From an uncultured Desulfobacterales bacterium (lineage in GTDB: Bacteria; Desulfobacterota; Desulfobacteria; Desulfobacterales; UBA11574), in contig CALLDL010000033.1 in NCBI GenBank assembly GCA_937998305.1, positions 6,094 through 70,093 on the forward strand: a stretch of 64,000 bases of DNA. Direction: 5' to 3'. The position numbers and the translations under genes were made by a program. This document shows positions 18,036 to 26,939 of this stretch, one piece after another. Each line of letters opens with the position of its first letter. Position 1 is the first letter of the stretch. Below the pieces are notes generated by a model that saw nothing but the letters and a program-made list of their open reading frames with translations, was not told the origin of the DNA and did no database searches.

Positions 18036-18968
18036 ATGATTACTAAACGATCATTTCTAATTCAACAATCAAGAGTTTATTCGTGGTTAATCATAACCGC
18101 AATATTCATCCTTATTTTTTCAGTAAGACATGGCTCGGCTGCCGAAATACTTACTGTTTACGCGGTGAACTATCCGTTGAAGTATTTTGCCGAGCGTATC
18201 GGCGGAGACCACGTGAAGGTGGAATTTCCTGCACCGGCAGATGTTGACCCGGCCCACTGGAACCCGGATCTTGAAAACATTTCAGCCTACCAGAAGGCCG
18301 ACCTCATACTGATCAATGGTGCCGGGTATGCCAAGTGGGTAAACAAAGTCAGTCTGCCGCGATCAAAAATGGTGAACACTTCCAGACAATTTAAGGATCA
18401 GTATATCACATCCAAAGAAGTCATGACCCACAGCCATGGCGGAGAAGGCAAACATGCCCATGAATCCCTTGCCTTTACCACCTGGCTTGATTTGGAACTT
18501 GCCGCTCGACAAGCCGAAGCGATCGCAGCTGCTATGGGTCGAAAACAGCCGGCATTGCAAAAAACGTTTCAAGCGAACCATGCATCGCTGGCAAAGGAGC
18601 TGAAGGCACTGGATCAAAAAATTCAAGCCATCGTATCTAAGAACCCCTCGATGCCTTTGATTGTATCCCATCCGGTGTACGACTATTTTGCAAGGCGCTA
18701 CAGGCTAAATATAGTAAGTGTCCATTGGGAGCCGGACGAGGCACCGGGTGACGAGCAGTGGTTGGAACTTAAAAAAATATTGAAGCATCATCCGGCCAAA
18801 TGGATGATCTGGGAAGGGGATCCGTTAAAGGCCACCATCGAAAAACTAAAAGGGCTGCAAATCAACAGCATTGTTTTTAATCCTTGCGGGAATGTGCCGG
18901 CTGAGGGTGATTTTCTTACCGTCATGCGGCAAAACATCGAAAACCTTAAAATGGCTTTTGACTACTGA
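18036..18968 (+). CDS. metal (Zn/Mn-type) ABC substrate-binding protein, ZnuA/TroA family
   Basis: Signal/TM segment, then VYAVNYPLKYFAERIGGDHVKV...DVDPAHWNP...ADLILINGAGYAKW, with a His-rich segment MTHSHGGEGKHAHE. Confidence 0.75.
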   Translation: MITKRSFLIQQSRVYSWLIITAIFILIFSVRHGSAAEILTVYAVNYPLKYFAERIGGDHVKVEFPAPADVDPAHWNPDLENISAYQKADLILINGAGYAKWVNKVSLPRSKMVNTSRQFKDQYITSKEVMTHSHGGEGKHAHESLAFTTWLDLELAARQAEAIAAAMGRKQPALQKTFQANHASLAKELKALDQKIQAIVSKNPSMPLIVSHPVYDYFARRYRLNIVSVHWEPDEAPGDEQWLELKKILKHHPAKWMIWEGDPLKATIEKLKGLQINSIVFNPCGNVPAEGDFLTVMRQNIENLKMAFDY

Positions 18969-19045
18969 ATTTCGGTGATTTTCTTCTCTAGAGCTACCTA
19001 CATTTTAATTCAATAAAAATATTTAAACCAGAGACTGAGAACCTG

Positions 19046-21412
19046 ATGTCAACGGAAATTATTATAGTTTTGGCGATTTTGGCAGTGGTTATCGTGCTGC
19101 TAATCACAGAGTGGATGCCTTTAGAGGTAATAGCGCTGCTGGTTTTAGGTGTTTTGGCGGTCACGGGAATCCTGAGCCCCATCGAAGCCTTGGCCGGATT
19201 CAGCAACCCTGCCGTGGTGACCATCTGGGCGGTTTTTATTCTCAGCGGCGGCCTAACGCGCACCGGTATCGCAAATATCCTCGGCCGCCAATTGCTGAAG
19301 GTTGCCGGACGCAAAGAATCGCTTTTGGTGGTGACCATAATGGTCATTGCCGGCGCACTTTCAGCGTTTATGAACAATGTTGCCGTGGCTGCCCTCATGC
19401 TGCCGGTGGTCATGGATATTGCCCGCAAAACAGATCGTTCACCTTCAACATTGTTGATGCCGCTGGCTTATGGATCATTGCTTGGGGGGCTGACCACCAT
19501 GATCGGCACGCCTCCCAATATTCTGGTTACTGAAGCGCTGCGCGAAAATGGACTGACACCCTTTACGCTCTTTGATTTCACCCCGGTGGGGCTGGTGATT
19601 ATGTTTTGTGGTATTGCATTTGTCACCTTCATCGGAACACGTATCCTGCCGAAACGAAGTATGACCAAAGAAGCATCCGGAACACACCCGGATTACCGCT
19701 TACAGTATGAACTGCAGGAGCATTTGTTTCAGATTAAAATACCCCCGGGGTCGGCTCTGGTTGGCAAAACATTGGCCAAAAGCCACCTGGGATCCGGACT
19801 GGGTCTCAACGTGGTGGGGATCACCCGGAGTGGTCAAATGTTGTTGGCACCGGAGATAAGCGAAACCATTGAGCAGAACGACGTGCTCATTGTTAACGGA
19901 CGTTTGGAGCGGATTCAAGAATTGAATCATTGGGGCCAATTGCTCACCGAAAACCGTGCTGTCGGCGTCGATGATCTTTTTACCCATGGGATGCAAGTCA
20001 CCGAGCTTCAACTCAGCCCAACCTCTGCTTATGCTGATCAGACGTTATCAAAAATCGACTTTCGCAATCGATTTGGGCTCAACGTGCTGGCTATTCAACG
20101 TGATGGTCGCCAAATCGATGAGGAATTAAAAGCCGAGCCGGTTAAAGTCGGCGATGTTTTGACTGTTCATGGTCCGGCGGCGCAAATGGCGACACTCACA
20201 AACGATCCCCATTTTTTGCCGCCTAAACCATTGACACAAGCCATGTTGAAGGACAACACTTCGCTGGGTGAACGCCTGCACCAACTTCGAGTACCAAAGA
20301 CTTCTAAACTCATCGGGATAACCCTAAACGAAAGCCGTCTCGGAGATGCCATTGATGTACAAATCCTTTGCATAGTACGCAAAAATGGTATTACCTTGAT
20401 TCCCACATCTGACGACCGCTTTGAACCCGAAGATTGCCTGGTGGTATCCGGGGCTTCCGACATGATCTCCATCCTTCAAATGCAGGGCCTTGAAGGTGTT
20501 TTGGTGGAAGACCCGTCTCACCCCCCGGATCCGTCGATACTTGAGGATGATCAGGTGGGACTCATCGAGGTAATGCTCTCTCCACATTCGGCGCTGTCCG
20601 GTATCACTCTGAGGCAGTTGAATTTCCGCGAAAAATACGGCTTGACCGTACTCGCTATTTGGCGAAAAGGTCGCGCCTATCGTTCCGACCTGCGCAACAT
20701 GGCCCTTCAGTTCGGTGACGCCTTATTGTTGTACGGATCATGGAAAAAGCTGATGGTTTTGGGTCGGGAACCTGATTTTCTTGTGCTCACCGAAACCGCC
20801 CAGGAAGTGCCCAGAAAAGAAAAAGCCAAAGTTGCCCTGAGCATTATGGCGGCTGTGCTATGGCCGGTAATTATGGGCTGGATACCGATTTACATTGCTG
20901 TGGTCATCGGAGCTGCCGTCATGGTCTTAACCAAATGTCTGACCATGGAAGAAGCCTATCGGTATATTGAATGGAAAGCCGTATTTTTAATTGCCGGAAT
21001 GTTACCACTGGGGACGGCTTTAGAAAAGTCCGGTGCAGCCCGTCTATTGGCCGAAGTCGTTGTGGGTTCACTGGGGCCTTTCGGCCCGTATGCGGTCTTG
21101 TTCGGACTTTTGGTGATCACTTTTATAGGTACCAGTATTATTCCTACTGCTGCCCTGGTGGTGCTTATGGTGCCCATCGCCCTGAAAACCTCAGCCAGTC
21201 TGGGAATATCTCCACACGCCTTGATGATGGGCATTGCCATGGCCGCATCTTCCAGCTTCACATCCCCCATCTCCCATCCAGCCAACGTCCTGGTGATGGG
21301 ACCGGGCGGCTACCGTTTTATCGATTATCTGAAGGTCGGTGTCCCACTGACACTTATCGTTCTGCTGGTGTTGATGGTGATTATGCCTGTTTTCTGGCCG
21401 TTAACACCCTGA
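19046..21412 (+). CDS. SLC13/DASS-family permease with four central TrkA-C (RCK C-terminal) domains
   Basis: 788 aa. TM-rich N- and C-terminal parts. Four repeats of the pattern ...L.V...S.L.G.TL......R...GLNVLAI.R.G... (for example FRNRFGLNVLAIQRDGR and FREKYGLTVLAIWRKGR). Confidence 0.85.
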   Translation: MSTEIIIVLAILAVVIVLLITEWMPLEVIALLVLGVLAVTGILSPIEALAGFSNPAVVTIWAVFILSGGLTRTGIANILGRQLLKVAGRKESLLVVTIMVIAGALSAFMNNVAVAALMLPVVMDIARKTDRSPSTLLMPLAYGSLLGGLTTMIGTPPNILVTEALRENGLTPFTLFDFTPVGLVIMFCGIAFVTFIGTRILPKRSMTKEASGTHPDYRLQYELQEHLFQIKIPPGSALVGKTLAKSHLGSGLGLNVVGITRSGQMLLAPEISETIEQNDVLIVNGRLERIQELNHWGQLLTENRAVGVDDLFTHGMQVTELQLSPTSAYADQTLSKIDFRNRFGLNVLAIQRDGRQIDEELKAEPVKVGDVLTVHGPAAQMATLTNDPHFLPPKPLTQAMLKDNTSLGERLHQLRVPKTSKLIGITLNESRLGDAIDVQILCIVRKNGITLIPTSDDRFEPEDCLVVSGASDMISILQMQGLEGVLVEDPSHPPDPSILEDDQVGLIEVMLSPHSALSGITLRQLNFREKYGLTVLAIWRKGRAYRSDLRNMALQFGDALLLYGSWKKLMVLGREPDFLVLTETAQEVPRKEKAKVALSIMAAVLWPVIMGWIPIYIAVVIGAAVMVLTKCLTMEEAYRYIEWKAVFLIAGMLPLGTALEKSGAARLLAEVVVGSLGPFGPYAVLFGLLVITFIGTSIIPTAALVVLMVPIALKTSASLGISPHALMMGIAMAASSSFTSPISHPANVLVMGPGGYRFIDYLKVGVPLTLIVLLVLMVIMPVFWPLTP

Positions 21413-21423
21413 ACTTGTCCGAC

Positions 21424-21458
21424 AAAAAAAGGGCAAATCCTGTTAAATGGATTTGCCC
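21424..21458 (-). terminator. rho-independent terminator downstream of hup (between convergent genes)
   Basis: GGGCAAATCC-tgttaaat-GGATTTGCCC stem-loop (21431-21458). It is followed on the minus strand by a U-run (AAAAAAA on plus, 21424-21430). Confidence 0.7.
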
Positions 21459-21492
21459 TGCAGAAGAAGATAAAAAAACTGTGGAAATTTTT

Positions 21493-21756
21493 CTATTGAA
21501 GATTTTTCCCCGCCTTAAAAGTAACAGCATTTTTGCCCTTAATCTTGATTTTTTCACCGGTCTGTGGATTACGTCCCATTCGGGTTTTTCGATAGACCTT
21601 TTTGAATGTTCCAAAACCGACTAAGGTTACTCTGCTGTTTCTTTTCTTCAGGCCACTTTTGATACCGTCAAGAAATGATTCTAATGCCGCTTTAGCTGCA
21701 ACCTTTGTAATACCCGCATCTTTAGCCATCTTTTCGACCAAGTCAGCTTTTGTCAT
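21493..21756 (-). CDS. hup: HU-family DNA-binding protein
   Basis: 87 aa. MTKADLVEKMAKDAGITKVAAKAALESFLDGI...GFGTFKKVYRKTRMGRNPQTGEKIKIKGKNAVTFKAGK. Confidence 0.9.
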   Translation of the reverse strand: MTKADLVEKMAKDAGITKVAAKAALESFLDGIKSGLKKRNSRVTLVGFGTFKKVYRKTRMGRNPQTGEKIKIKGKNAVTFKAGKNLQ

Positions 21757-21943
21757 TTGTTTCCTCCCTTTGTTTGTTATTGTTTATCCCTAATAATGCT
21801 TGCTTGTTTTGAAGATGCAGGAACAAAAACAGAAAGTCAATACTTAAAACGCTTTTATTGCAGTATTTATAGTAAAAACTTAAAAAAATGCTGTCATAGA
21901 ACACTATTTGGGGAAAATACTGCCTTAGAATGATCATTTTTTT

Positions 21944-22227
21944 GCCTGAATCTTTCACGAGCCAGAGGCTTTCACGTGCAAGGCACTTAAAGGCGAAGCC
22001 ATAGTCTGCTATCGCGAGCCCTTAATAACGCAGCATGTGAAAGCCTCCAGCTTGCCCTTTTGGGTGAAAATTGATGAGAAAAAACATCATCCGACCTGCC
22101 CGCTCGTGCCTCGCAGAAGCAGGCGGGTTTACCATTTGGGTAAATTGTATGAGGCTATGATGTTGTTTAAACCCGCTTCAATTAAGGATTATAAAGATTT
22201 TCATTAATTTTCATACAAGATTCAGGT
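21944..22227 (+). mobile_element. MITE-like repeat, family A copy 1 (contains a 33-bp nested hairpin insert at 22094-22126)
   Basis: Aligns over its whole length with 47844-48097. Termini are CCTGAATCTT...AAGATTCAGG. Internal hairpin GAGGCTTTCAC.TGC...GCA..TGAAAGCCTC. Confidence 0.65.
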
Positions 22228-22235
22228 ATTATATT

Positions 22236-23219
22236 TTATGACTTGGAGTGAGAACAAAAATACAGAAGCAAACTCTTTACCAGTTCGGCCATGAAGGTAT
22301 AGTCCAGCTTTTCCATAGTGTCCGAGATCCGGTGATAATGGGGGTTCCGGTAAAAGGCCGTGTCGGTCACCATGACAGCCTTGTAACCTTTGTGCCAGAA
22401 TGACGAATGATCGCTGAGTCGAACAGAAGGAAGCAGGAATCCTCCTGCTGGAACTGTAAGTTTGATTGCAGGAAGATCCGGATTCCTGGCAAACGCTTCA
22501 AATAAATCATTTGTAAATTTTCTCGATTTAAAATTGCCAACAATGCCGATAAAATCTCCCTGCTTGGGGTAGTCGAAAAACGTCAATGGAAACGGATAAT
22601 CCTGGCAGCCTTCATCATGACAGGTATAACCGACCATCTCCAGGCAGATCATGCCGTCGATCTGTTCGTCTGATTTCCTGGCATTGTGCGCGTATACACT
22701 GCTCCCCATGTGCCGGGTACCGAATGTCGGCGGTTCTTCGAGGGGGAACGAGACAAACTTTACTGCCAGATTCAGCTCATGGTGATCTTTTTGCATCATC
22801 AAATGACGGGCCGTCTCCAGTTGAACCGCAACGGCACTGGCATTGTCGTCAGCACCCACGGTTCCGGCCACCGAATCATAATGGGCACCAACAAGATAAT
22901 ATTTCGTGGGGTTTTCGCAAAAAGAAACTTGGGCCACGACATTTGAAACCGTAAAATTCCGATACGGATAGGGCTCACAGTGCACCGGAACATCGATATC
23001 CTGGTAGAATTTTTCGATGTAGGCTCTGGTTTTTTCGAGATTATCGGGTAATAAAACACTCCGTTCACCGATGGTGGTCGTCAGCGTTTTTACATGATCC
23101 TGCAATCGTTGTTTGGTTGTTTGAATATCGATCATCAATATCTCAGCTCTTGCGGAGTCCATGGAGTATATGGAAAAAACCATAAGGCATATGCAAAAAA
23201 AGATAAAGCGCAAATTCAT
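22236..23219 (-). CDS. M28-family metallopeptidase (aminopeptidase-like), secreted
   Basis: VGAHYDSVAGTVGADDNASAVAVQLETARHL is the M28 zinc-site context. I prefer the start at MNLRFIFFCICLMVFSIYSMDSARA (signal peptide) over the track start at 23255. Confidence 0.8.
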   Translation of the reverse strand: MNLRFIFFCICLMVFSIYSMDSARAEILMIDIQTTKQRLQDHVKTLTTTIGERSVLLPDNLEKTRAYIEKFYQDIDVPVHCEPYPYRNFTVSNVVAQVSFCENPTKYYLVGAHYDSVAGTVGADDNASAVAVQLETARHLMMQKDHHELNLAVKFVSFPLEEPPTFGTRHMGSSVYAHNARKSDEQIDGMICLEMVGYTCHDEGCQDYPFPLTFFDYPKQGDFIGIVGNFKSRKFTNDLFEAFARNPDLPAIKLTVPAGGFLLPSVRLSDHSSFWHKGYKAVMVTDTAFYRNPHYHRISDTMEKLDYTFMAELVKSLLLYFCSHSKS

Positions 23220-23272
23220 CAAATTAATGTTAATTGAAATCCAATGAAACATCAATTATAATTCATATTGTT

Positions 23273-24382
23273 ATGGGTGAATGCAATTACTGCGATAAAA
23301 GCTCAAAAAACATATCCAATACCATCGGCTTTTGCGCCGACTGTATCCGTGCGCATTTCGACGATGTCTGGCCGCAAATCAAGGCCATTCATGATCGCAG
23401 CCGTAGGGCCTATGGCCTTCCGGAGAATCCCCCGAGTGCGGTAGACGGCGTTACCTGTGGCCTGTGTGTCCATGATTGTAAAATTTCTGAAAACAGCGTT
23501 GGCTTTTGTGGACTTCGACGGGTTCAAAACAGCCGAATTTGCGGCGGGAGACCGCATGAGGGGAACCTGTCCTACTATTATGATCCCCTTCCCACCAACT
23601 GTGTGGGGGACTTTGTCTGCCCGGGAGGTACGGGCTGCGGATATCCCAAATATGCGGCGACCAAAGGCGCTGAATACGGTTATAAGAATTTGGCCGTATT
23701 TTATCATGCTTGCGGGTTTAATTGTCTGTATTGTCAAAACTACCATTTTAAGACGAAGACGTTTTACTCTCAAAAGCTTACTGCAAAACAACTCGCTCAT
23801 GCGGTGGACCAAAAGACCAACTGTATCTGCTATTTTGGCGGTGACCCCACCCCCCAGATTCTCCATGCCATTAAAACATCCAAAATGGCTCTTAAATATG
23901 CTGATCATCGCATCCTGCGCATATGCTGGGAAACCAACGGTTCAATGCAGTTGCCGTTTCTCACCATGATGGCGGATCTGTCTTTAAGATCCGGGGGCTG
24001 TATAAAGTTTGATCTAAAGGCCTGGGATGAGGGCATTCATCTTGCTCTTTGCGGCGTAACAAACCAAAAGACTTTGGATAATTTTCGAATGTTAGCCAAG
24101 TGGACAGATCAAAGACCCGAGCCGCCGTTTCTCATTGCCAGCACGCTGCTTGTTCCCGGGTATGTGGATGAACCTGAAGTCGAAAAAATCGTTGCGTTTA
24201 TTTCATCCCTCAACCCGGAGATTCCTTACAGTCTGCTGGCGTTTTACCCGCAGTTTTATCTCAACGATCTTCCCACAACGTCCAAATCCCATGCCCTGCG
24301 TTGCAAGGCGGTCGCTGAAAAGGCCGGTCTGAAAAATGTCCGTATAGCGAATGTGCATTTACTTGGCCCGGATGTTTCATGA
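23273..24382 (+). CDS. radical SAM protein (PflA/AmmeMemoRadiSam-related) with N-terminal Cys-rich zinc-ribbon-like segment
   Basis: CxxxCxxC motif CGFNCLYCQNY. N-terminus MGECNYCDK...FCADCIR. First ATG in frame is at 23273 (the track starts at a TTG). Confidence 0.75.
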   Translation: MGECNYCDKSSKNISNTIGFCADCIRAHFDDVWPQIKAIHDRSRRAYGLPENPPSAVDGVTCGLCVHDCKISENSVGFCGLRRVQNSRICGGRPHEGNLSYYYDPLPTNCVGDFVCPGGTGCGYPKYAATKGAEYGYKNLAVFYHACGFNCLYCQNYHFKTKTFYSQKLTAKQLAHAVDQKTNCICYFGGDPTPQILHAIKTSKMALKYADHRILRICWETNGSMQLPFLTMMADLSLRSGGCIKFDLKAWDEGIHLALCGVTNQKTLDNFRMLAKWTDQRPEPPFLIASTLLVPGYVDEPEVEKIVAFISSLNPEIPYSLLAFYPQFYLNDLPTTSKSHALRCKAVAEKAGLKNVRIANVHLLGPDVS

Positions 24383-24494
24383 AAATTTTTCAGCAAACTT
24401 ATTTTATAAAATAAAGCTATTAAATTAATTTAAATAATAGCAACAACTTCCGGATAACACTTTGATCACCGCATTTTTTCTTCTTTAGATGAAA

Positions 24495-24620
24495 TATTTT
24501 CACCCCTTGGGCGCTGTCTGATGCGTCCATTTGCTGCGTTGTCAGGAGCTTGCAGTAGGACAACTACGGCGGCGCCCCTGAGCGCCTTATAAATGAACGC
24601 ATCAGACGCGTGAAAATCCG
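24495..24620. repeat. long-hairpin repeat, family E copy 1
   Basis: ATTTTCACCCC..GGGCGCTGTCTGATGCG...AAATGAACGCATCAGACGCGTGAAAATCCGG. The arms are complementary. Related to 35436-35525. Confidence 0.6.
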
Positions 24621-24825
24621 GTTTAGGAAAGATTACTAACAGACATTGTATATGTTGACAGGGTTTGCTTTCCCGTTAAACGATACCTGCCCGCTCGTGC
24701 CTTGCATGGCAGGGGGGTTGGCGGAGCGGGCCGGAATGCCATCCCTGCTAAGTCTTTGAAATGAACAGTCACGTAGACACCCGAGTGAAGCGGGGGAGTA
24801 AACCCTGTGAACGCATACACCGGCA

Positions 24826-26022
24826 CTATTCCCGAAATGCCGTAATCGGTTCGTAGATCAGATCGTTTTCCCTAAAGCGGGTTGGCCGTAAAGGGTAAAT
24901 ATCTTCGGTTTCGGCCTTGCCGTTTGCAATGAGTTCGGCAACGATCATGCCGGTTGCCGGTGCGTGCTGGAATCCGTGGCCGGAAAAACCGGCAGCGCAG
25001 ATAAAATTTCGAAGTTCCGGAAATGTGCCGATAACTGCATGATGATCCGGCGTCATTTCATAATGTCCCACCCAACCCCGGATAATTTTTGCGCGCTCAA
25101 GAGCAGGGATGCGATGCATCGATTTTTCGGCTGTCCATTCCTCGGCATCGAAATCAACATGTTGGCTGAAGGATTTATTGCCTGTGGGACCACCTAAAAT
25201 CAGTCCCGGGCCCTCCCGCTTCATGTACCATCCGGAATCAACATCGATTACCATGGGAAAGATATCCGGAATTTTATGAAAGATATCGGTAAAAAAGAGA
25301 TGGCGCCTTAAAGGACCTATGGGTAAATCCAGTCCGGCCATGGAGGCCACTCGACCGGCCCAGGGGCCGGCTGCATTCACAACAATATCAGCTTTGATTT
25401 TGTGTCCATCTTTTGTTTGTATACCAACGACACTGTTGTTTTTAATCGAGATGCAGGTGACCTGAACTTTTTCCATGAAAACAGTGCCCCCCTGACGGGC
25501 CTTTTTGACATATGCCTGAAGGATATCTATGGGACTATAAAAGCCGTCTTCTTTGGTATAAGATCCGCCTGAAAGATCATCGACTCGGATAAACGGCCAG
25601 CGCCGGGAAACCTCTTGAGGTGAAAGTGATTCAACAGGAACATCCAACACCTTCATCAGACGAGACGTACTTTTGAAAATCTTCCACTGTTTTGGTGTTG
25701 TTGCCAGAAACAGGTATCCGTAAGGTTTGAAGTTGGGATCAACCCCGAATTCTTCTTTGAACCGTCGATACACTTTCCGTGAAATCAACGAGAACCGGAT
25801 GTTCACGGCGGTAGAAAACTGGGTTCTCAAGCCCCCCAGGCAGGCGGAGGTGGCACCTTGAGAACCGATTTCTCCCTGCTCCAGAACGAGCACGTCGCTT
25901 ATCCCCTTTCGGGTCAGGTAATAAGCGACGACGGCACCGATAATGCCGCTGCCGATAATGATCGCCTGTGCTTTTTCGGGACATTCAGATCTCATATCAT
26001 TGTCGCTCAAGTTAGGTGTCAT
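24826..26022 (-). CDS. FAD-dependent oxidoreductase (DadA/sarcosine-oxidase-beta-like)
   Basis: Dinucleotide-binding motif AIIIGSGIIGAVVAYYLTRKG. A start at 26022 gives an ATGA overlap with the prmA stop. The start is uncertain (alternatives at 26049 and 25995). Confidence 0.8.
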   Translation of the reverse strand: MTPNLSDNDMRSECPEKAQAIIIGSGIIGAVVAYYLTRKGISDVLVLEQGEIGSQGATSACLGGLRTQFSTAVNIRFSLISRKVYRRFKEEFGVDPNFKPYGYLFLATTPKQWKIFKSTSRLMKVLDVPVESLSPQEVSRRWPFIRVDDLSGGSYTKEDGFYSPIDILQAYVKKARQGGTVFMEKVQVTCISIKNNSVVGIQTKDGHKIKADIVVNAAGPWAGRVASMAGLDLPIGPLRRHLFFTDIFHKIPDIFPMVIDVDSGWYMKREGPGLILGGPTGNKSFSQHVDFDAEEWTAEKSMHRIPALERAKIIRGWVGHYEMTPDHHAVIGTFPELRNFICAAGFSGHGFQHAPATGMIVAELIANGKAETEDIYPLRPTRFRENDLIYEPITAFRE

Positions 26023-26936
26023 TTGGAACGGCAAGCGATTGAAATCCACTCTTCTTTGGTCAGGATTTCAACGCGTTCAAAACCCAGATCTTGCATTTTC
26101 TTTAAAACCTCATCCTTATCTGTTTCAAGGATACCGGAACAGACAAATATGCCGTCTTGATTCAGCACTCTCTTGACATTGTCAAGTAGGATTAAAATCG
26201 TTTTAGTTGTTAGATTTGCCGCAACAAGATCAAACTGTTCCGCTATCTGATCGACAAGATCGGCGGCTAAAATTTTAAAACTCGATTCTGAAATCCTGTT
26301 TTGTATTAAGTTTTTGTAGGCGGTATCCACAGCGATATTGTCATTGTCGGTTCCCCAAACCTTTATTGCGCCAAGCTTTGCGGCGGCAATCATAAGGATG
26401 CCCGAACCGGTCCCTATATCCAGAAACGCACCGTTTCTTTTCAGATATTTTTCAATCATGGTGATGCACATACGGGTTGTGGGATGGGTGCCGGTCCCAA
26501 AGGCCATTCCCGGATCAATTTCAAGTACGATTTCATCATGTTCTCGAATATATTCCCGCCATGTGGGTTTTACGACGATATTTGCTGTGATTTTTTCAGG
26601 CCGAAAATAAGTTTTCCATGTTTGAGCCCAATCTTCTTCATTCATGTCAGAGTAAACAATTTTGCTTTTGATACCGTTTGTTTTTTCGAGCCGTGACAAA
26701 TTTTCTTCAACGAATTTCCGCCTTTTATCTAATGTATCATCGCAGGGGAGATAGCCGATGACGGCATGTTTTTCGGGTATGATAGCATCGCTTCCCCAAT
26801 CTTCGAAAGAGTCAATCTCCGGTGTTTCGATAACAACGCCTTTAAGGTCAAGGTCATAGAACAGATTGGATATGAGATCCACAGCCAACTGCTTGTCTTT
26901 GAAATCAAAAATGACTTTTGCTTCGATCCATTTCAT
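26019..26936 (-). CDS. prmA: ribosomal protein L11 methyltransferase
   Basis: 305 aa. MKWIEAKVIFD... N-terminus. IDPGMAFGTGTHPTTRMCI and SAM motif LDIGTGSGILMIAAAKLGA. Confidence 0.9.
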   Translation of the reverse strand: MKWIEAKVIFDFKDKQLAVDLISNLFYDLDLKGVVIETPEIDSFEDWGSDAIIPEKHAVIGYLPCDDTLDKRRKFVEENLSRLEKTNGIKSKIVYSDMNEEDWAQTWKTYFRPEKITANIVVKPTWREYIREHDEIVLEIDPGMAFGTGTHPTTRMCITMIEKYLKRNGAFLDIGTGSGILMIAAAKLGAIKVWGTDNDNIAVDTAYKNLIQNRISESSFKILAADLVDQIAEQFDLVAANLTTKTILILLDNVKRVLNQDGIFVCSGILETDKDEVLKKMQDLGFERVEILTKEEWISIACRSK

Positions 26937-26939
26937 AAA

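Noticed and set aside
19111-21624. ORFs 19111..19533 (140 aa), 20971..21624 (217 aa) and several minus-strand ORFs
   Set aside because: They are out of frame or antisense within the 788-aa SLC13/TrkA-C permease gene. They are Arg/Gly/Cys-rich junk sequences with no motifs.
24623-24826. 67-aa ORF and possible riboswitch/ncRNA in the structured region 24650-24830 (GCCCGCTC...GAGCGGGC stem, TGCC/GGCA hairpin)
   Set aside because: The region lies between two convergent gene ends, so it is not a 5' leader. I could not match any riboswitch core (B12 box, TPP, SAM, glycine, c-di-GMP, fluoride). It shares a hairpin module with other dispersed repeats. The ORF has no RBS.
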